Shown here one piece after another: positions 9,007 through 19,606 of a stretch of DNA of 64,000 nt. The translations under genes and the position numbers were made by a program. Each line of letters begins with the position of its first letter. Position 1 is the first letter of the stretch. The DNA is taken from assembly GCA_965223325.1 (NCBI GenBank), contig CBDCWI010000001.1, positions 1,696,001-1,760,000 on the forward strand, given 5' to 3'. This stretch comes from Candidatus Multivoradales bacterium. Lineage in GTDB: Bacteria > Acidobacteriota > Thermoanaerobaculia > Multivoradales > Multivoraceae. The notes under the pieces were generated by a model. That model worked only from the letters and a program-made list of their open reading frames with translations, searched no databases and was not told the origin of the DNA.

Positions 9007-12000
9007 TCAGCCGCGGCCGATGTTCTCAGAAGGCCGAAAGAGCGGAGTCACCCAGTTCAGACCACGGTAGTCGGGCAAAAACCCGCCCTTCTCAAAAACT
9101 ACCGCGTGCACTGACTCACCTGCCGGCTGGCCATCGATCTTCTCGAGCAGCATCGAACGGCGACGGCCGCGACGGGCGAGCTCCGGCAAGGCTTCGACGG
9201 CCGCGAGGGCGCGAGCACCGCCTCGGTCTTCGGCGAAGGACTTGAAGGTCACGACCGAGCGGCCGCTCTTCTCCAGGAAGAGGAAGGGGAGGCCGGCAAC
9301 GCTAATCACCCAGGCACCGGCGACGCGCCGGGGTCGCGGCCCAGAGTCCAAGCTCTTCGGCGGCCAGGGCAGGAGGGAGCCCCACGCGTTCGCTGGATCG
9401 ACACTGGCGACGGTCTGGACGGGAATGTCGTCTTCCGGGCCAAAGGCCGGGGCGTCCTCGCTGCGCGCGGCACGCAGGCGGTCGACGGCGCCGGGCAGCG
9501 CGTACTGACGACCCGAAAGGCCCTCCACGAACCAGCCGCGGCGAATGCGCCCGGCATCTTCCATGGCCTGCAGCACAGGAACGATTGCGGCGAAGCCACC
9601 GGGGATGCCTTCGTAGAGGGCGGCCTCGCGGCTGACCACGCCATAGCGCTCGAGCAACATGACGACGATGGCGTGAGCGCGCTCGGTGTCGGTCACCCGC
9701 TCGTCGGCGAGCTCCGAGACCAGCGACCAGCGCCCGCCCGCGACTTTTGCATTCCTTCGGGCGCGCCGGCGAACCGGGACCGCACCGATCTCACCCGTCT
9801 TCGGGTTCCACCGGGGCATGGGGGGCGAGCGATCGACGCCCACGGCACGCTTCCAACGCAAAGCGAGACTGGAGAGGGGCAGGAAGGTGTCGTTGGTGAT
9901 CTCGCCCGCCCAGACGAGATCCCAAAGGGCATCCTCCAGGTCGCTGGCGACGGCCCCGGCTGGCTCAGCGAGCTTCTCGAGCTCGACGGTAAACGCCGGC
10001 CCGCGGCTTCGGAGCCGTTCGAGAATCGCTTGCCGAAGCCGGCTCTCTACAGCGTCAACGCTCAGAGCGGCATCGCCTGCGCCGTCGCCTTCTTCTCCCT
10101 CATCGACCGCCCGTTTGGCCAGCAACTCGGCGACGCGATCGCGCCGATAGAGCGCAACCTTGCCGTCTTTGGTACCCAACGCGCCACACCCCACCCAGAC
10201 GATCTCGCCGCTCGCCGCCATCATGTCGAGCATCTCGGGCCGAAAGTCCAGAACCCGCTCGGGCAGAACGATCTCCGACAGGCTCGACCAGGGAATCGGC
10301 AGCCCTTCGAGCTGCGCAATGACCTCCTCGAGACGGGCGGTGCCCATGCTGCGACGGCGCTCACCATCGGCCTGGGCACCCCGGACTCCCTGCCAGGCTG
10401 GCAGGAACCGGCCCATCGCCTCGGCATCGACCGGCGCAATCTCACGACGAAGACCTGCCAGGGTTCGCCGACGGATCCGCCTGAGCACTTCCGGGTCGCA
10501 CCACTCGGGCCGCGAGCCCCCCGGCAGAATGTCGCCGCGTTCGAGGCGACCGGCTTCCTGGAGCGACCGGAGAATCGGCTCGACGACGGCGGGCAACAGC
10601 CCCAACCGCTCCGCCAGCGCCTCGGTGTAGAAGGGACCGTGACAGCGCGCGTAACGGCGGACGAGATCTTCGAGCGGAGTCTCGTTGACCTCGAGGAGCG
10701 TCTCGGGCAACCCGCCCGGGAGTCGCACACCAAGTGCATCGCGATAGCGCGAAGCATCTTCGGCGGCGATCCAGCGTTCCTCTCCGGCGACCGCCACCTG
10801 GACCGCCCGGCGCTCTTCGGCCAGCCGCGCCAACCACTCTTCGAAAGCCGGCGGTGTCAACTCGGGATCTGGGGTTGCGTCCCGACGTTCCTTCTCGAAC
10901 CCTACCCGGTCGGCGATCTCACCGATCGAGAGATCACCGACCCGCCGCAGAAGATCGTGCAGCTCGTCGGCGTTGCGCGCCCGACGCTCGGAGGCAAGCC
11001 CCTGCATTTCAAGGTACACGTCGCGCACGATGCCTTCGTCGAGCAACCGGCGCAGCTCGTCCTGCCCAAGGAGTTCTCGGAGCAGAGAGCGGTCGAGCGT
11101 CAGGGCCTGTGCCCGACGCTCGGCGAGGGGCGAATCCTGCTCGTAGAGGAAGTTCGCCACGAAGGCGAAGACCAGGGAGCGCGCAAACGGCGAAGCGCTC
11201 GGCGTCTCGACGTCGTGCACCTTCACCTTGCGATCACGGACGTGGATCAAGAGGTCTTCGAGGGCCGGCAGATCGAAAATGTCCTGCAGGCAATGGCGGT
11301 AGGTCTCGAGGACGATCGGGAAGCTCGGATAGCGCTTGACCACCGCCAACAGGTTCTTGGCCCGCAGGCGCTGCAGCCAGAGCGCCGTGCGCTTACCCGG
11401 GCGATTGCGCGGCAAGAGAAGCGCGCGGGCGGCGTTCTCGCGAAACACTGAGGCAAAGAGCGCACTCGAACCGACCTGCTCCACCACCAGATCTTCGAGG
11501 TCTTCGGGAGCAGGAAACAGATCGGCCGTATCGGGCAGGTCGTCGCTGTCGGCAAAGCGCAAGACGATGCCGTCGTCGGTGTACATGGTCTGGACGTCGT
11601 AGCCCGCTTTCCCACCCAGCAGATGCTCGATCGCCATGGCCCACGGGGCGTGCACACGGTTGCCGAACGGAGTCAGGATCGAGATCCGCCAGTCGCCGAG
11701 CTGGTCGCGGAACCGTTCGACGGTGATCGACCGGTCGGTGGGCAACGCGCCCGTCCACGCCTTCTGCTCGAAGATGTAGGCGAGAAGGTTCTCGCGGGCG
11801 TACTCGTCGAGGGGCGTTCTGGCCTCGAGATGCGACCGCGCTCGCGCCTCGGTCAACCCTCCCATCTCGCGCAGAAAAGACCCCAGGGCGCGCCCGAGCT
11901 CGATCGGGCGACCGGGTCCTTCACCGTGCCAGAAGGGCATCCGACCTGGTTCGCCAGGTGCCGGCTGCACGACGACGCGATCGCGGGTGATGTCGATGAT

Positions 12001-13779
12001 GCGCCAAGTGCTGGCGCCGAGAATAAACGTGTTGCCCTTGCGACTCTCGTGCACCATCTCTTCGTCGAGCTCGCCAACCCGCGGGCCTTCGGCACCTACA
12101 TGCACACCGTAGAGGCCACGATCTGGAATCGTGCCGGCGTTCAAGCGCGTCAACATCGGTGCACCCTTGCGCGCGCTGAGAACGTCGCGACCGCGATCCC
12201 AGGAGATGCGCGGCCGCAGCTCGCCGAACTCTTCAGAGGGATAGCGCCCGCTCAACATGTCGAGCACGGCGGTGAAGGCATCACCGGTCAAGTCTCGATA
12301 GGGCCACGAACGACGCACCAGCGCCAGCACCTCGCCAACCTCGCGCGGCCGGTCGACGCACATCGCCACCACCTGCTGCGCCAGCACATCGAGGGCATTG
12401 GTCGGCACCCGCAGGGGTTCGATCTCACCCGCCAGCATCGATTGGGCGGTGACCGTGGCCTCGAGCAGGTCGCCGCGAAACTTGGGAAACAGCACCCCGC
12501 GGCTGATCTCACCGACCGAGTGCCCTGCCCGCCCAACGCGCTGCAACCCACTGGCCACCGAACCCGGTGATTCGACGAGCACGACCAGGTCGACCGCCCC
12601 CATGTCGATGCCGAGCTCGAGCGAGCTGGTGGCGACGATGGCGCGCAGCTTGCCGCTCTTGAGGCCGTCTTCCATCTCGGCGCGTTTGGCGTGCGACACA
12701 CTGCCATGGTGGGCGCGAATCGGATCGCCACCCTCGGGCTCGGGTTCACCGTTTTCCTGGCGTCGCTCGCGCCACTGGTCGTTGAGTCGTTGCGCCAGGC
12801 GTTCGCAGAGACCGCGACTGTTGGTGAAGATGATCGTTGAGCGGTGCTCGAGGATGAGGTCGAGCAACGGCGGGTAGATCGTTGGCCAGATGCCCTGCTC
12901 GCGCGGCGCTTCGGAATCGGCGATCTCCTCGGCGAGCAGCGACCCACCAACGACCTGTCGCTGCCCGTCGCCGCCCTTGCCCGCAGGAGCGGCGGGTGGA
13001 TTCTCCATGTCGGCAACCGGCACACGGATCTCGAGCTCAATGTGCGGGCGTTCCGAGGCGTCGACAACCGACACCTCCCGGTCGCCACCCAACATGCGCG
13101 CCGCGGTCTCGGCCGGGTGAACCGTCGCCGAGAGGCCAATGCGTTGCGGTTCGGGCCGCTCCTCGTCGGCTCCATCGGGATCGACCGTCGTGACCACCTC
13201 AGAAAGGCGCTCGAGCGACAGCGCCAGGTGCACGCCGCGCTTGCTCGGCGCAATCGAATGAATCTCGTCGACGATCACCGTATGCACACTCGCCAGGGTC
13301 AGAGCCGCGCGCGAGCCCAATAGTAGGTACAGCGACTCTGGCGTGGTGACCAGGATCTCGCCTGGATCTCGCACCTGCCGGCGACGATCCTTGGGCGGCG
13401 TGTCACCGGTACGCACATCGACCCGCGGCCGGTACACATCGAGCCCGAGCCGATCGGCGGCGTACCCAATACCGATGAGCGGCGCCCGCAGGTTGCGTTC
13501 GATGTCGTAGACCAGCGCCTTGAGCGGCGACACGTAGAGCACCCGCACGCCCGCCGGGGCGGCGGGATCGAGCCGCATGACCTGGTCGATACCCCACAGG
13601 AAAGCCGCCAAGGTCTTGCCGCTTCCCGTCGGGGCGATCAAAAGCGAGTTCTCACCCGCCACCAGGCGCGGCCAGCCCTCGGCCTGGACTCGCGTGGGCT
13701 CCTTGAAGGTTGCTTCGAACCAGGCCCTGGTTGGCGCCGAGAACAGGTCGAGGGCTCCAGGTGGTCGTGGCGAGGGCAT
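9007..13779 (-). CDS. lhr: ATP-dependent SF2 helicase Lhr (long form)
   Basis: APTGSGKT, VDEIH, GLSAT, AHHGS, SSLELGIDMG, QRVGRAGH, GTIPDRG and C-terminal winged-helix region. Confidence 0.93.
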   Translation of the reverse strand: MPSPRPPGALDLFSAPTRAWFEATFKEPTRVQAEGWPRLVAGENSLLIAPTGSGKTLAAFLWGIDQVMRLDPAAPAGVRVLYVSPLKALVYDIERNLRAPLIGIGYAADRLGLDVYRPRVDVRTGDTPPKDRRRQVRDPGEILVTTPESLYLLLGSRAALTLASVHTVIVDEIHSIAPSKRGVHLALSLERLSEVVTTVDPDGADEERPEPQRIGLSATVHPAETAARMLGGDREVSVVDASERPHIELEIRVPVADMENPPAAPAGKGGDGQRQVVGGSLLAEEIADSEAPREQGIWPTIYPPLLDLILEHRSTIIFTNSRGLCERLAQRLNDQWRERRQENGEPEPEGGDPIRAHHGSVSHAKRAEMEDGLKSGKLRAIVATSSLELGIDMGAVDLVVLVESPGSVASGLQRVGRAGHSVGEISRGVLFPKFRGDLLEATVTAQSMLAGEIEPLRVPTNALDVLAQQVVAMCVDRPREVGEVLALVRRSWPYRDLTGDAFTAVLDMLSGRYPSEEFGELRPRISWDRGRDVLSARKGAPMLTRLNAGTIPDRGLYGVHVGAEGPRVGELDEEMVHESRKGNTFILGASTWRIIDITRDRVVVQPAPGEPGRMPFWHGEGPGRPIELGRALGSFLREMGGLTEARARSHLEARTPLDEYARENLLAYIFEQKAWTGALPTDRSITVERFRDQLGDWRISILTPFGNRVHAPWAMAIEHLLGGKAGYDVQTMYTDDGIVLRFADSDDLPDTADLFPAPEDLEDLVVEQVGSSALFASVFRENAARALLLPRNRPGKRTALWLQRLRAKNLLAVVKRYPSFPIVLETYRHCLQDIFDLPALEDLLIHVRDRKVKVHDVETPSASPFARSLVFAFVANFLYEQDSPLAERRAQALTLDRSLLRELLGQDELRRLLDEGIVRDVYLEMQGLASERRARNADELHDLLRRVGDLSIGEIADRVGFEKERRDATPDPELTPPAFEEWLARLAEERRAVQVAVAGEERWIAAEDASRYRDALGVRLPGGLPETLLEVNETPLEDLVRRYARCHGPFYTEALAERLGLLPAVVEPILRSLQEAGRLERGDILPGGSRPEWCDPEVLRRIRRRTLAGLRREIAPVDAEAMGRFLPAWQGVRGAQADGERRRSMGTARLEEVIAQLEGLPIPWSSLSEIVLPERVLDFRPEMLDMMAASGEIVWVGCGALGTKDGKVALYRRDRVAELLAKRAVDEGEEGDGAGDAALSVDAVESRLRQAILERLRSRGPAFTVELEKLAEPAGAVASDLEDALWDLVWAGEITNDTFLPLSSLALRWKRAVGVDRSPPMPRWNPKTGEIGAVPVRRRARRNAKVAGGRWSLVSELADERVTDTERAHAIVVMLLERYGVVSREAALYEGIPGGFAAIVPVLQAMEDAGRIRRGWFVEGLSGRQYALPGAVDRLRAARSEDAPAFGPEDDIPVQTVASVDPANAWGSLLPWPPKSLDSGPRPRRVAGAWVISVAGLPFLFLEKSGRSVVTFKSFAEDRGGARALAAVEALPELARRGRRRSMLLEKIDGQPAGESVHAVVFEKGGFLPDYRGLNWVTPLFRPSENIGRG

Positions 13780-13920
13780 CCCTCGATCGTAGTCGATACG
13801 GAGACTCCGTAGGTTCGAGGGGTGCTCTACCGGGCCACAACCGCGCTGCAACGCAATACACTCGGAAGACCACGCGGGGCGACCACCCTCTAGCCCCCTC
13901 CACATGCCAAAGGAGATCTC

Positions 13921-14292
13921 ATGGAGCTTGCACCTGTCATCCAGATCAGCGACGACGTTCCGGTCCGTTCGAAGGTCGAGGAACTGGTCGAGGCGCGCGC
14001 CAGCCGCCTCGACCGCTTCCACGCTCGCATCACCAGCTGCGACGTTCTGGTCGAGTTACACAGCAAGCACCACTCCGCCAAGCACCCCCTGCGCGTGCGC
14101 ATCGTCTGCAAGGTGCCGCCCGGTCAAGAACTGATTGTCGACCGGCCGCCCGAGGCCCACGACGCCCACACCCCCAACGACACGGTCATCCGCCACGCCT
14201 TCCAGGCCATGGAACGACAGCTGCGGGACCTCTCCGACAAGCAGCACGACCACGACGGTGCCGATCGCGGCGCCGCTCTCCAAACGGAGTAG
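13921..14292 (+). CDS. HPF/RaiA family ribosome-associated protein
   Basis: RLDRFHARITSCDVLVE...LRVRIVCKVPPGQELIV...IRHAFQAMERQL; AAGGAG RBS. Confidence 0.8.
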   Translation: MELAPVIQISDDVPVRSKVEELVEARASRLDRFHARITSCDVLVELHSKHHSAKHPLRVRIVCKVPPGQELIVDRPPEAHDAHTPNDTVIRHAFQAMERQLRDLSDKQHDHDGADRGAALQTE

Positions 14293-14313
14293 GCCGACAA
14301 CCAGAGCGACTGA

Positions 14314-14592
14314 GTGAAGGACCCCAGGTTCTATCTGCGGCCAGTCTTCGCGGTCGCCGATCTCGAGGCAAGCCTCGCCTACTACTGCCAGGCGCTGGGT
14401 TTCGGCCGCGACTGGCAGTTCCCAGCCAGCAAACCCTTCATCGCCCAGATCAACCGCGACGATCTGGACCTCATCCTGGACGCGGGCAGTGTGATTCCAC
14501 GCGCGGCCAACCCTTCGGTTCTCTCGCTCACCCTCCATCAGGGCGAAGAGCTCGACGGCAATCTGCTGGTCTTCTGGGGGCAGGGAACCTGA
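14314..14592 (+). CDS. VOC/glyoxalase/bleomycin-resistance family protein, apparently internally shortened
   Basis: PVFAVADLEASLAYYCQALGF at the N-terminus and DGNLLVF at the C-terminus; only 92 aa. Confidence 0.65.
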   Translation: MKDPRFYLRPVFAVADLEASLAYYCQALGFGRDWQFPASKPFIAQINRDDLDLILDAGSVIPRAANPSVLSLTLHQGEELDGNLLVFWGQGT

Positions 14593-14722
14593 GGGTGTTA
14601 CGAGCCGTTGGTGATTAGTAGGTGTCCGGAAAGACATACACCTACCGTCTAGAATGACTTCCAGCTGCGCTCTCGTAAACCGCGGAGAACGCCGCAACCG
14701 TAGAGGTTTCGGCGCTCCCCGG

Positions 14723-14739
14723 TTGGTACGTTTCTCGCT
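14723..14739 (+). promoter_or_regulatory. putative sigma54 -24/-12 promoter
   Basis: TTGGTACGTTTCTCGCT, GG-N10-GC spacing, about 60 bp before an operon encoding a sigma54 activator. Confidence 0.5.
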
Positions 14740-14797
14740 CTCTCCTTGAGGGTCCTTCGTCGCCTCAGCGTGAAACGAACCCCCAAGGAGTGACCCC

Positions 14798-16204
14798 ATG
14801 CGCACCGATTACGATCGCCGCGTGCCTCGAGTTCAAAAGAGGCCGAGCATCATGGCGCTGCTAGCAGCCCTATTGGTTGCACTCTCAGCCGGCCCACTTG
14901 CAGTCCCGCTTGCCGGCCAGACACAAGAGCCATCCCAGAGCACCGACTGGGAATCGCCGACTTTCTTCATCGAGAGCATTCGCATCGACGGCTTGCGCCA
15001 TGCGCGTCCCGGCCCGATCCTCGCTGAACTTCGACTGAACGAAGGTGCGACCTACAGCGAGAACGAGCTCCGCCAGGCGACCTATCGCGCTCAGCGTCTG
15101 CCCTTTGTGTTGACGGCCGACCTGCGACTCGAAAAGGGCAGCGAGCGTGAGCGTTTCGTTCTGGTCGTTGGGGTGGATGAGACCAGCCGCTTCTTCCTGG
15201 TCGACGACCTGAGCTATCGCTACCGAGAGGGACAGACCTTCGAATTCACGACCGTCGACCCAGACGGCCGACTTGTCACAGAGTCGCAACGCGTTCCGGG
15301 AGACTACGAGACGGTTGGCGCCGAACCCACCGGCGGCGCCCGCCTCTTCCTAGGCCGAAACGGCATGGCGTTCGCCACCGTCAGCCCGCTGGGCGTCAGT
15401 GTCGGCTATACCCAGTACAACCTGTTCGGCACGCGCGGGTTCGCCACAGTTGCGGTGCGCGAGTCAACGAAGGACGGCGGCGTCGTTCGCGAAGACGACG
15501 AAACCGGGTTCGCTAAATCGACCAACCGCGAGTTCTCACTCGCAGCCGGGTTTCCCATCGGTCGCAACCAGTCTTTGCAGTTCACTCTCTCGGCCGACGA
15601 GGACAACGACGACGTGGTCCTGAACCAAGAAAGCACGGGTGCAGAGCTACGTTGGTTCCACGACACGACCGACGATCCCTTCTTTCCTACCAACGGCTGG
15701 CGCGTCACCTCTGGAGCCGCACTGCTCGAAGGAGAGTTCTCGTTTCTCATCGCCAACGACTCCATCGTCTCGAAGGCGGACGAAACTGCGTTGTTCGCAT
15801 CGGGCCTGCGCTACTTCCCGGTTGGCGAACGCTCGACGCTGTGGGCGGGTGCCGGCTATCGAGCGAATCGGGCCGACATCACCCAGACGCGGACATTCGG
15901 TGGGCCTCCTTTCGAGTCCGGTACCCTGACCCGAGACTCCACGATCGAGCGGGGACGCGCCAGCGCCTCGTTGGGTTGGGGCCGCCCGCTGTTTGAACGG
16001 CGCTCGGGAAGAAAGTTCGAGCTCCGGCTCGAGACCGCGGTCGAGGGCGCCTGGTTCGACGAAGACGTTGAGTCGTCGTTTGACGTATTCCGCCCCGGCA
16101 TCGAGCTCGACTCTGAAGTCGAGCTCAGCATCGCGCTGGCGTTTCGCAATCGCTGGTCGGTGCTGCGAGTGGGCGTTGGCTACATCGACCAGGACTACAA
16201 CTGA
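14798..16204 (+). CDS. POTRA domain / Omp85-like outer membrane beta-barrel protein
   Basis: Signal peptide; POTRA-like FFIESIRIDGL...TYSENELRQA...LPFV...VDE; YTQYNLFG; DTTDDPFFPTNG; beta-strand-rich. Confidence 0.7.
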   Translation: MRTDYDRRVPRVQKRPSIMALLAALLVALSAGPLAVPLAGQTQEPSQSTDWESPTFFIESIRIDGLRHARPGPILAELRLNEGATYSENELRQATYRAQRLPFVLTADLRLEKGSERERFVLVVGVDETSRFFLVDDLSYRYREGQTFEFTTVDPDGRLVTESQRVPGDYETVGAEPTGGARLFLGRNGMAFATVSPLGVSVGYTQYNLFGTRGFATVAVRESTKDGGVVREDDETGFAKSTNREFSLAAGFPIGRNQSLQFTLSADEDNDDVVLNQESTGAELRWFHDTTDDPFFPTNGWRVTSGAALLEGEFSFLIANDSIVSKADETALFASGLRYFPVGERSTLWAGAGYRANRADITQTRTFGGPPFESGTLTRDSTIERGRASASLGWGRPLFERRSGRKFELRLETAVEGAWFDEDVESSFDVFRPGIELDSEVELSIALAFRNRWSVLRVGVGYIDQDYN

Positions 16205-16821
16205 TGAAGGTCCTGGCCAGCCTCTCGGCGAGCGCGGCGATCCTCGTCGCTTCACTGGGTCCCGTAGCTGCCGAAGAAGCGACCTATGACCCGACGGCTC
16301 GGCACGTCGCGATCACGCAACTTCCCAATCCCTTCCTCGACCAGTCCTTCGTTGACAATCTCACCAGCGGCCTCAGCACCATGGTCGTCGCCAGTGCTGA
16401 ATCGAAGATCGGCTCCGGAGATAGAGCCACCGAAGGTCGCCTGCGCATTCGCTACGACCTCTGGGACGAGCTCTTCATCGTCGACAGTGTGGGCTTCGGA
16501 GACAACGGCAATCGGCGCTTCGAAGACCAGAGGGAGCTCGAAGACTGGTGGCGCAAGAGATCGCTCAGCCTCGGCCCACTGGAACGTCCGCCACGCACTG
16601 TGCGGGTGCGCCTGGTTGTCCTGCCGTTCAGTGCCAGCGAAGGCAACGACGCCCGGCTCTGGTTTTCGCGCTCTGTTCGGCGTGCGGGGACGAACGTCGG
16701 ACGCTCTTCAGAAGAACTCGGCACACTCCTAGAACGCGTGATGGCGACCGCCATTCGTCGGCAGCGGCTGTTGACCTTCGATCGAACGGTCACCGTCACC
16801 GGAACATCCGATTCGAGGTAG
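16204..16821 (+). CDS. secreted protein, DUF4390-like
   Basis: Signal peptide; LTSGL...IRYDLWDE...WW; sits directly before a sensor kinase. Confidence 0.55.
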   Translation: MKVLASLSASAAILVASLGPVAAEEATYDPTARHVAITQLPNPFLDQSFVDNLTSGLSTMVVASAESKIGSGDRATEGRLRIRYDLWDELFIVDSVGFGDNGNRRFEDQRELEDWWRKRSLSLGPLERPPRTVRVRLVVLPFSASEGNDARLWFSRSVRRAGTNVGRSSEELGTLLERVMATAIRRQRLLTFDRTVTVTGTSDSR

Positions 16822-16827
16822 ACACAC

Positions 16828-18183
16828 GTGACCCCGCCCTCCATCTCTTCGAAGTTGCCCGCCCCAACACGGATCGCCATCGCCGTGGCGCTTGTCATGA
16901 TCATGGCAACCGGCTGGTTTCTCAGCCGCCAGCTCGGTTCGACCTGGCTCCTCCTTGGGGCCCATCCCGAGGTCCTCAGAGAGCTCGAACAGTCTCTGGC
17001 TGAGCAGCGCGAGCTGGCAGTGCTTCAACCCGAGCGCGCTACCGCCATTCGCGAGCAGTTCGACGAGCGCCAGAAACTAGTACAGCGGCTGCGCATTCTC
17101 GAACTCAACCGCGAGCGCCTGGTGCGCGTGGTGGGGGGCTTCGTCGTTCTCTTGATGGCTGTCGTCGCGACGGTTGGAGCCGCGCTGGCGTGGGTGTTTC
17201 GACGCCTCACCCACCGTCGGCTCGAGCAGTTGCGGCGCGGGCTCGAAGACCTGTCAGCGGGCGAGGGTGCGGTGCGCGTCGTTGACGAAGGAGGCGGGGT
17301 GATCGGCGTGATCGCAGCGATGATCGAGGAGGTTTCGAGAACCGTCGGCGAGCAGCGCCGCCGGCTCCAGGAACTCGACGCGCTGCGCTCCTGGCGTCGT
17401 GGCAGTCGGCGCCTTGGGCATGAGATGCGCACGCCGCTGACGGCCATCCGGCTCGATCTCCAGCGGCTCGGCGACCACTTCGACGAGACCGACGCCCACC
17501 CAACTGCACCAGCGGATCCAAAGAGCCCCGCGGCAACCTACGATCGAGTCGTCCGCGATTTCGATGCTCTACGTGACCTGGTTGGGCGCATCACCAGCTC
17601 GGCGCGCCTGCCGGAACCGAAGCTCGCCCGCCTCGATCTCGAGAGGCTCGCCCGAGAGTTCACGGTGGCCTTCAAGAACGCCTGGCCACGGCTCGAGCTG
17701 GCGGTCGAGGCCAGAAGCGACGTGCCCGAGGTCTCTGGCGACGCCGAGCTTCTGCGCCAGATACTCGTCAACCTGGTTTCGAACACCGATGAAGCACTGG
17801 AGCGGGAACCGCATGGGCGCGAGCGACGTGGCCAGGTGCGGTTCGTCGTTGGCCGTGACCGAGATACTGCTTTCCTCGACGTGATCGACGACGGGCCAGG
17901 AGTGAGTAGCGAGCTTCGCTCCGAGATCTTCAGGCCCTATGTGTCGGGCGCACGATACGTGGGCACCATGGAGGACACAAGACCAGCAAACAAACCTTCT
18001 GAGTCGGACCGAAAGAACGGCGACGCGCGTCTCGGCCTCGGGCTCGCGATCTCGCGCATGATCGCCCTCGAACAGCGCGGCACCCTCGAGTACCGAGCAC
18101 CCGAGAAAGGCACAGGTGGTGCCACCTTCCGGCTCTCGCTCCCCCTCGCCACCTCGCCGGCCACGAAAGAATCGGCGGCATGA
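16828..18183 (+). CDS. membrane sensor histidine kinase (NtrY-like)
   Basis: Two TM segments, H-box GHEMRTPLT, N-box QILVNLVSN, DDGPG, GLGLAI. Confidence 0.92.
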   Translation: MTPPSISSKLPAPTRIAIAVALVMIMATGWFLSRQLGSTWLLLGAHPEVLRELEQSLAEQRELAVLQPERATAIREQFDERQKLVQRLRILELNRERLVRVVGGFVVLLMAVVATVGAALAWVFRRLTHRRLEQLRRGLEDLSAGEGAVRVVDEGGGVIGVIAAMIEEVSRTVGEQRRRLQELDALRSWRRGSRRLGHEMRTPLTAIRLDLQRLGDHFDETDAHPTAPADPKSPAATYDRVVRDFDALRDLVGRITSSARLPEPKLARLDLERLAREFTVAFKNAWPRLELAVEARSDVPEVSGDAELLRQILVNLVSNTDEALEREPHGRERRGQVRFVVGRDRDTAFLDVIDDGPGVSSELRSEIFRPYVSGARYVGTMEDTRPANKPSESDRKNGDARLGLGLAISRMIALEQRGTLEYRAPEKGTGGATFRLSLPLATSPATKESAA

Positions 18184-19547
18184 CACGCATCCTGATCGTC
18201 GAAGACGACCCGCGGCTCCTGGCAACAATCGAGCTCCAACTGTCCGAGGCAGGTTTCGAGACGCTCCGTTGCGTCGAAGCCGGAAGCGCCCGCGCCGCCT
18301 GCACGCAGCCAGCCAGGCCGGATCTGCTCCTGGTGGACGTCCGGCTACCTGGCAAGAGTGGTATCGACCTGATCGAAGACCTGAAAGGCGATGGCCACCT
18401 GCCGCCGACGATCGTCATGTCAGGCGAGGCAACCATGAAGGAGACGGTGCGCGCGCTCAGACTCGGGGTCGTCGACTTCATCGAGAAGCCGTTCTCGCGC
18501 GAACGCTTGATTCGCTCGATCGAGCTCGCCCTCGAGCTCAGCGGCCTGCGTCGCCAGGTCCGCACCTACGAAGACGACCCGCTCGCAGCCATCCTGGGCG
18601 ATTCGCCGCCCATGCACGACCTCAAGCAGAAGATCGAGCGCGCAGCGATTTCCAATGCCCGAGTCTTGATTCATGGCGAAAGCGGAACCGGTAAGGAACT
18701 GGTCGCCGAAGCTCTTCATCGGCTGAGCCGAAGGAGCGGTGCCCCCTTCGTTCGCCTCAACTGCGGTGCACTCGCCCGCAACCTGATCGAAGACGAACTC
18801 TTCGGACACGCTGTCGGCGCCTTCACCGACGCCAAGAACGAACGGCCTGGCGTCTTCGAGGTGGCAGATGGCGGCACGCTGTTTCTCGACGAGATCGGTG
18901 ACCTCGAGGAGGCAGTGCAGTCTCGTCTGCTGCGCGTACTCGAAGACGGGAAGGTGCGCCGCCTGGGCGAAACGCGCGAGCGCCGCGTCGATGTACGCGT
19001 CATCTCAGCGACCCATCGGCCACTCGGCGCCGAGTCCTTCCGGCAAGACCTGTACTTCCGCCTTGCCGAGCTCCGCATCGAAGTGCCGCCGCTGTGCGAA
19101 CGCGGCGCCGACATCGAACTGCTCTTTCGCACCTTCCTCGACCAGGCCTGCCAGCGCGAAAAGAGCAGGCGGCGCACCGTCGCTCCCGAGCTCCTCGAGC
19201 GGCTGCTCGAGCACTCCTGGCCTGGCAACGTACGCGAGCTCAAAAACGTCTGTCATCACCTGGCGGTCTTCGGCGGCGAGACTCTGCGGCTCGACGACCT
19301 GCCGACTTCGCTTTCGCAAACAGGTGGTAGGGAGTCCCAGGTATCAGGCCTCCTCCGAACGGCCGAGTTGCCCCCGGACCTGTCGCTTAAGGAACTCAAG
19401 CGCCAGTCGGAGAGGGAGTTTCTCGAGGCTGTGCTGAGACGGTTCAGCTGGAATTTCACCCGCGCCGCCGAAGCGATGCAGATTCAGCGCACCCATCTCC
19501 ACGAGCGGGCGCGGGTTCTCGGTCTTTCACGTCCCGAAAAGAGCTGA
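18180..19547 (+). CDS. sigma54-dependent response regulator (NtrC/NtrX family)
   Basis: Receiver domain, GESGTGKE, GAFTDA, FLDEIGD, WPGNVREL, Fis-type HTH. Confidence 0.94.
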   Translation: MTRILIVEDDPRLLATIELQLSEAGFETLRCVEAGSARAACTQPARPDLLLVDVRLPGKSGIDLIEDLKGDGHLPPTIVMSGEATMKETVRALRLGVVDFIEKPFSRERLIRSIELALELSGLRRQVRTYEDDPLAAILGDSPPMHDLKQKIERAAISNARVLIHGESGTGKELVAEALHRLSRRSGAPFVRLNCGALARNLIEDELFGHAVGAFTDAKNERPGVFEVADGGTLFLDEIGDLEEAVQSRLLRVLEDGKVRRLGETRERRVDVRVISATHRPLGAESFRQDLYFRLAELRIEVPPLCERGADIELLFRTFLDQACQREKSRRRTVAPELLERLLEHSWPGNVRELKNVCHHLAVFGGETLRLDDLPTSLSQTGGRESQVSGLLRTAELPPDLSLKELKRQSEREFLEAVLRRFSWNFTRAAEAMQIQRTHLHERARVLGLSRPEKS

Positions 19548-19606
19548 GGTCTCCTGGGCGCGGCCCGGCAGGGGGGCGGGAGAGGGCTCTGTGCTAGAAT
19601 TTTGGG

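Noticed and set aside
9673-12570. Long plus-strand ORFs (592 aa, 315 aa) and many similar antisense ORFs across the window
   Set aside because: Shadow frames of real genes in high-GC DNA, with no motifs.
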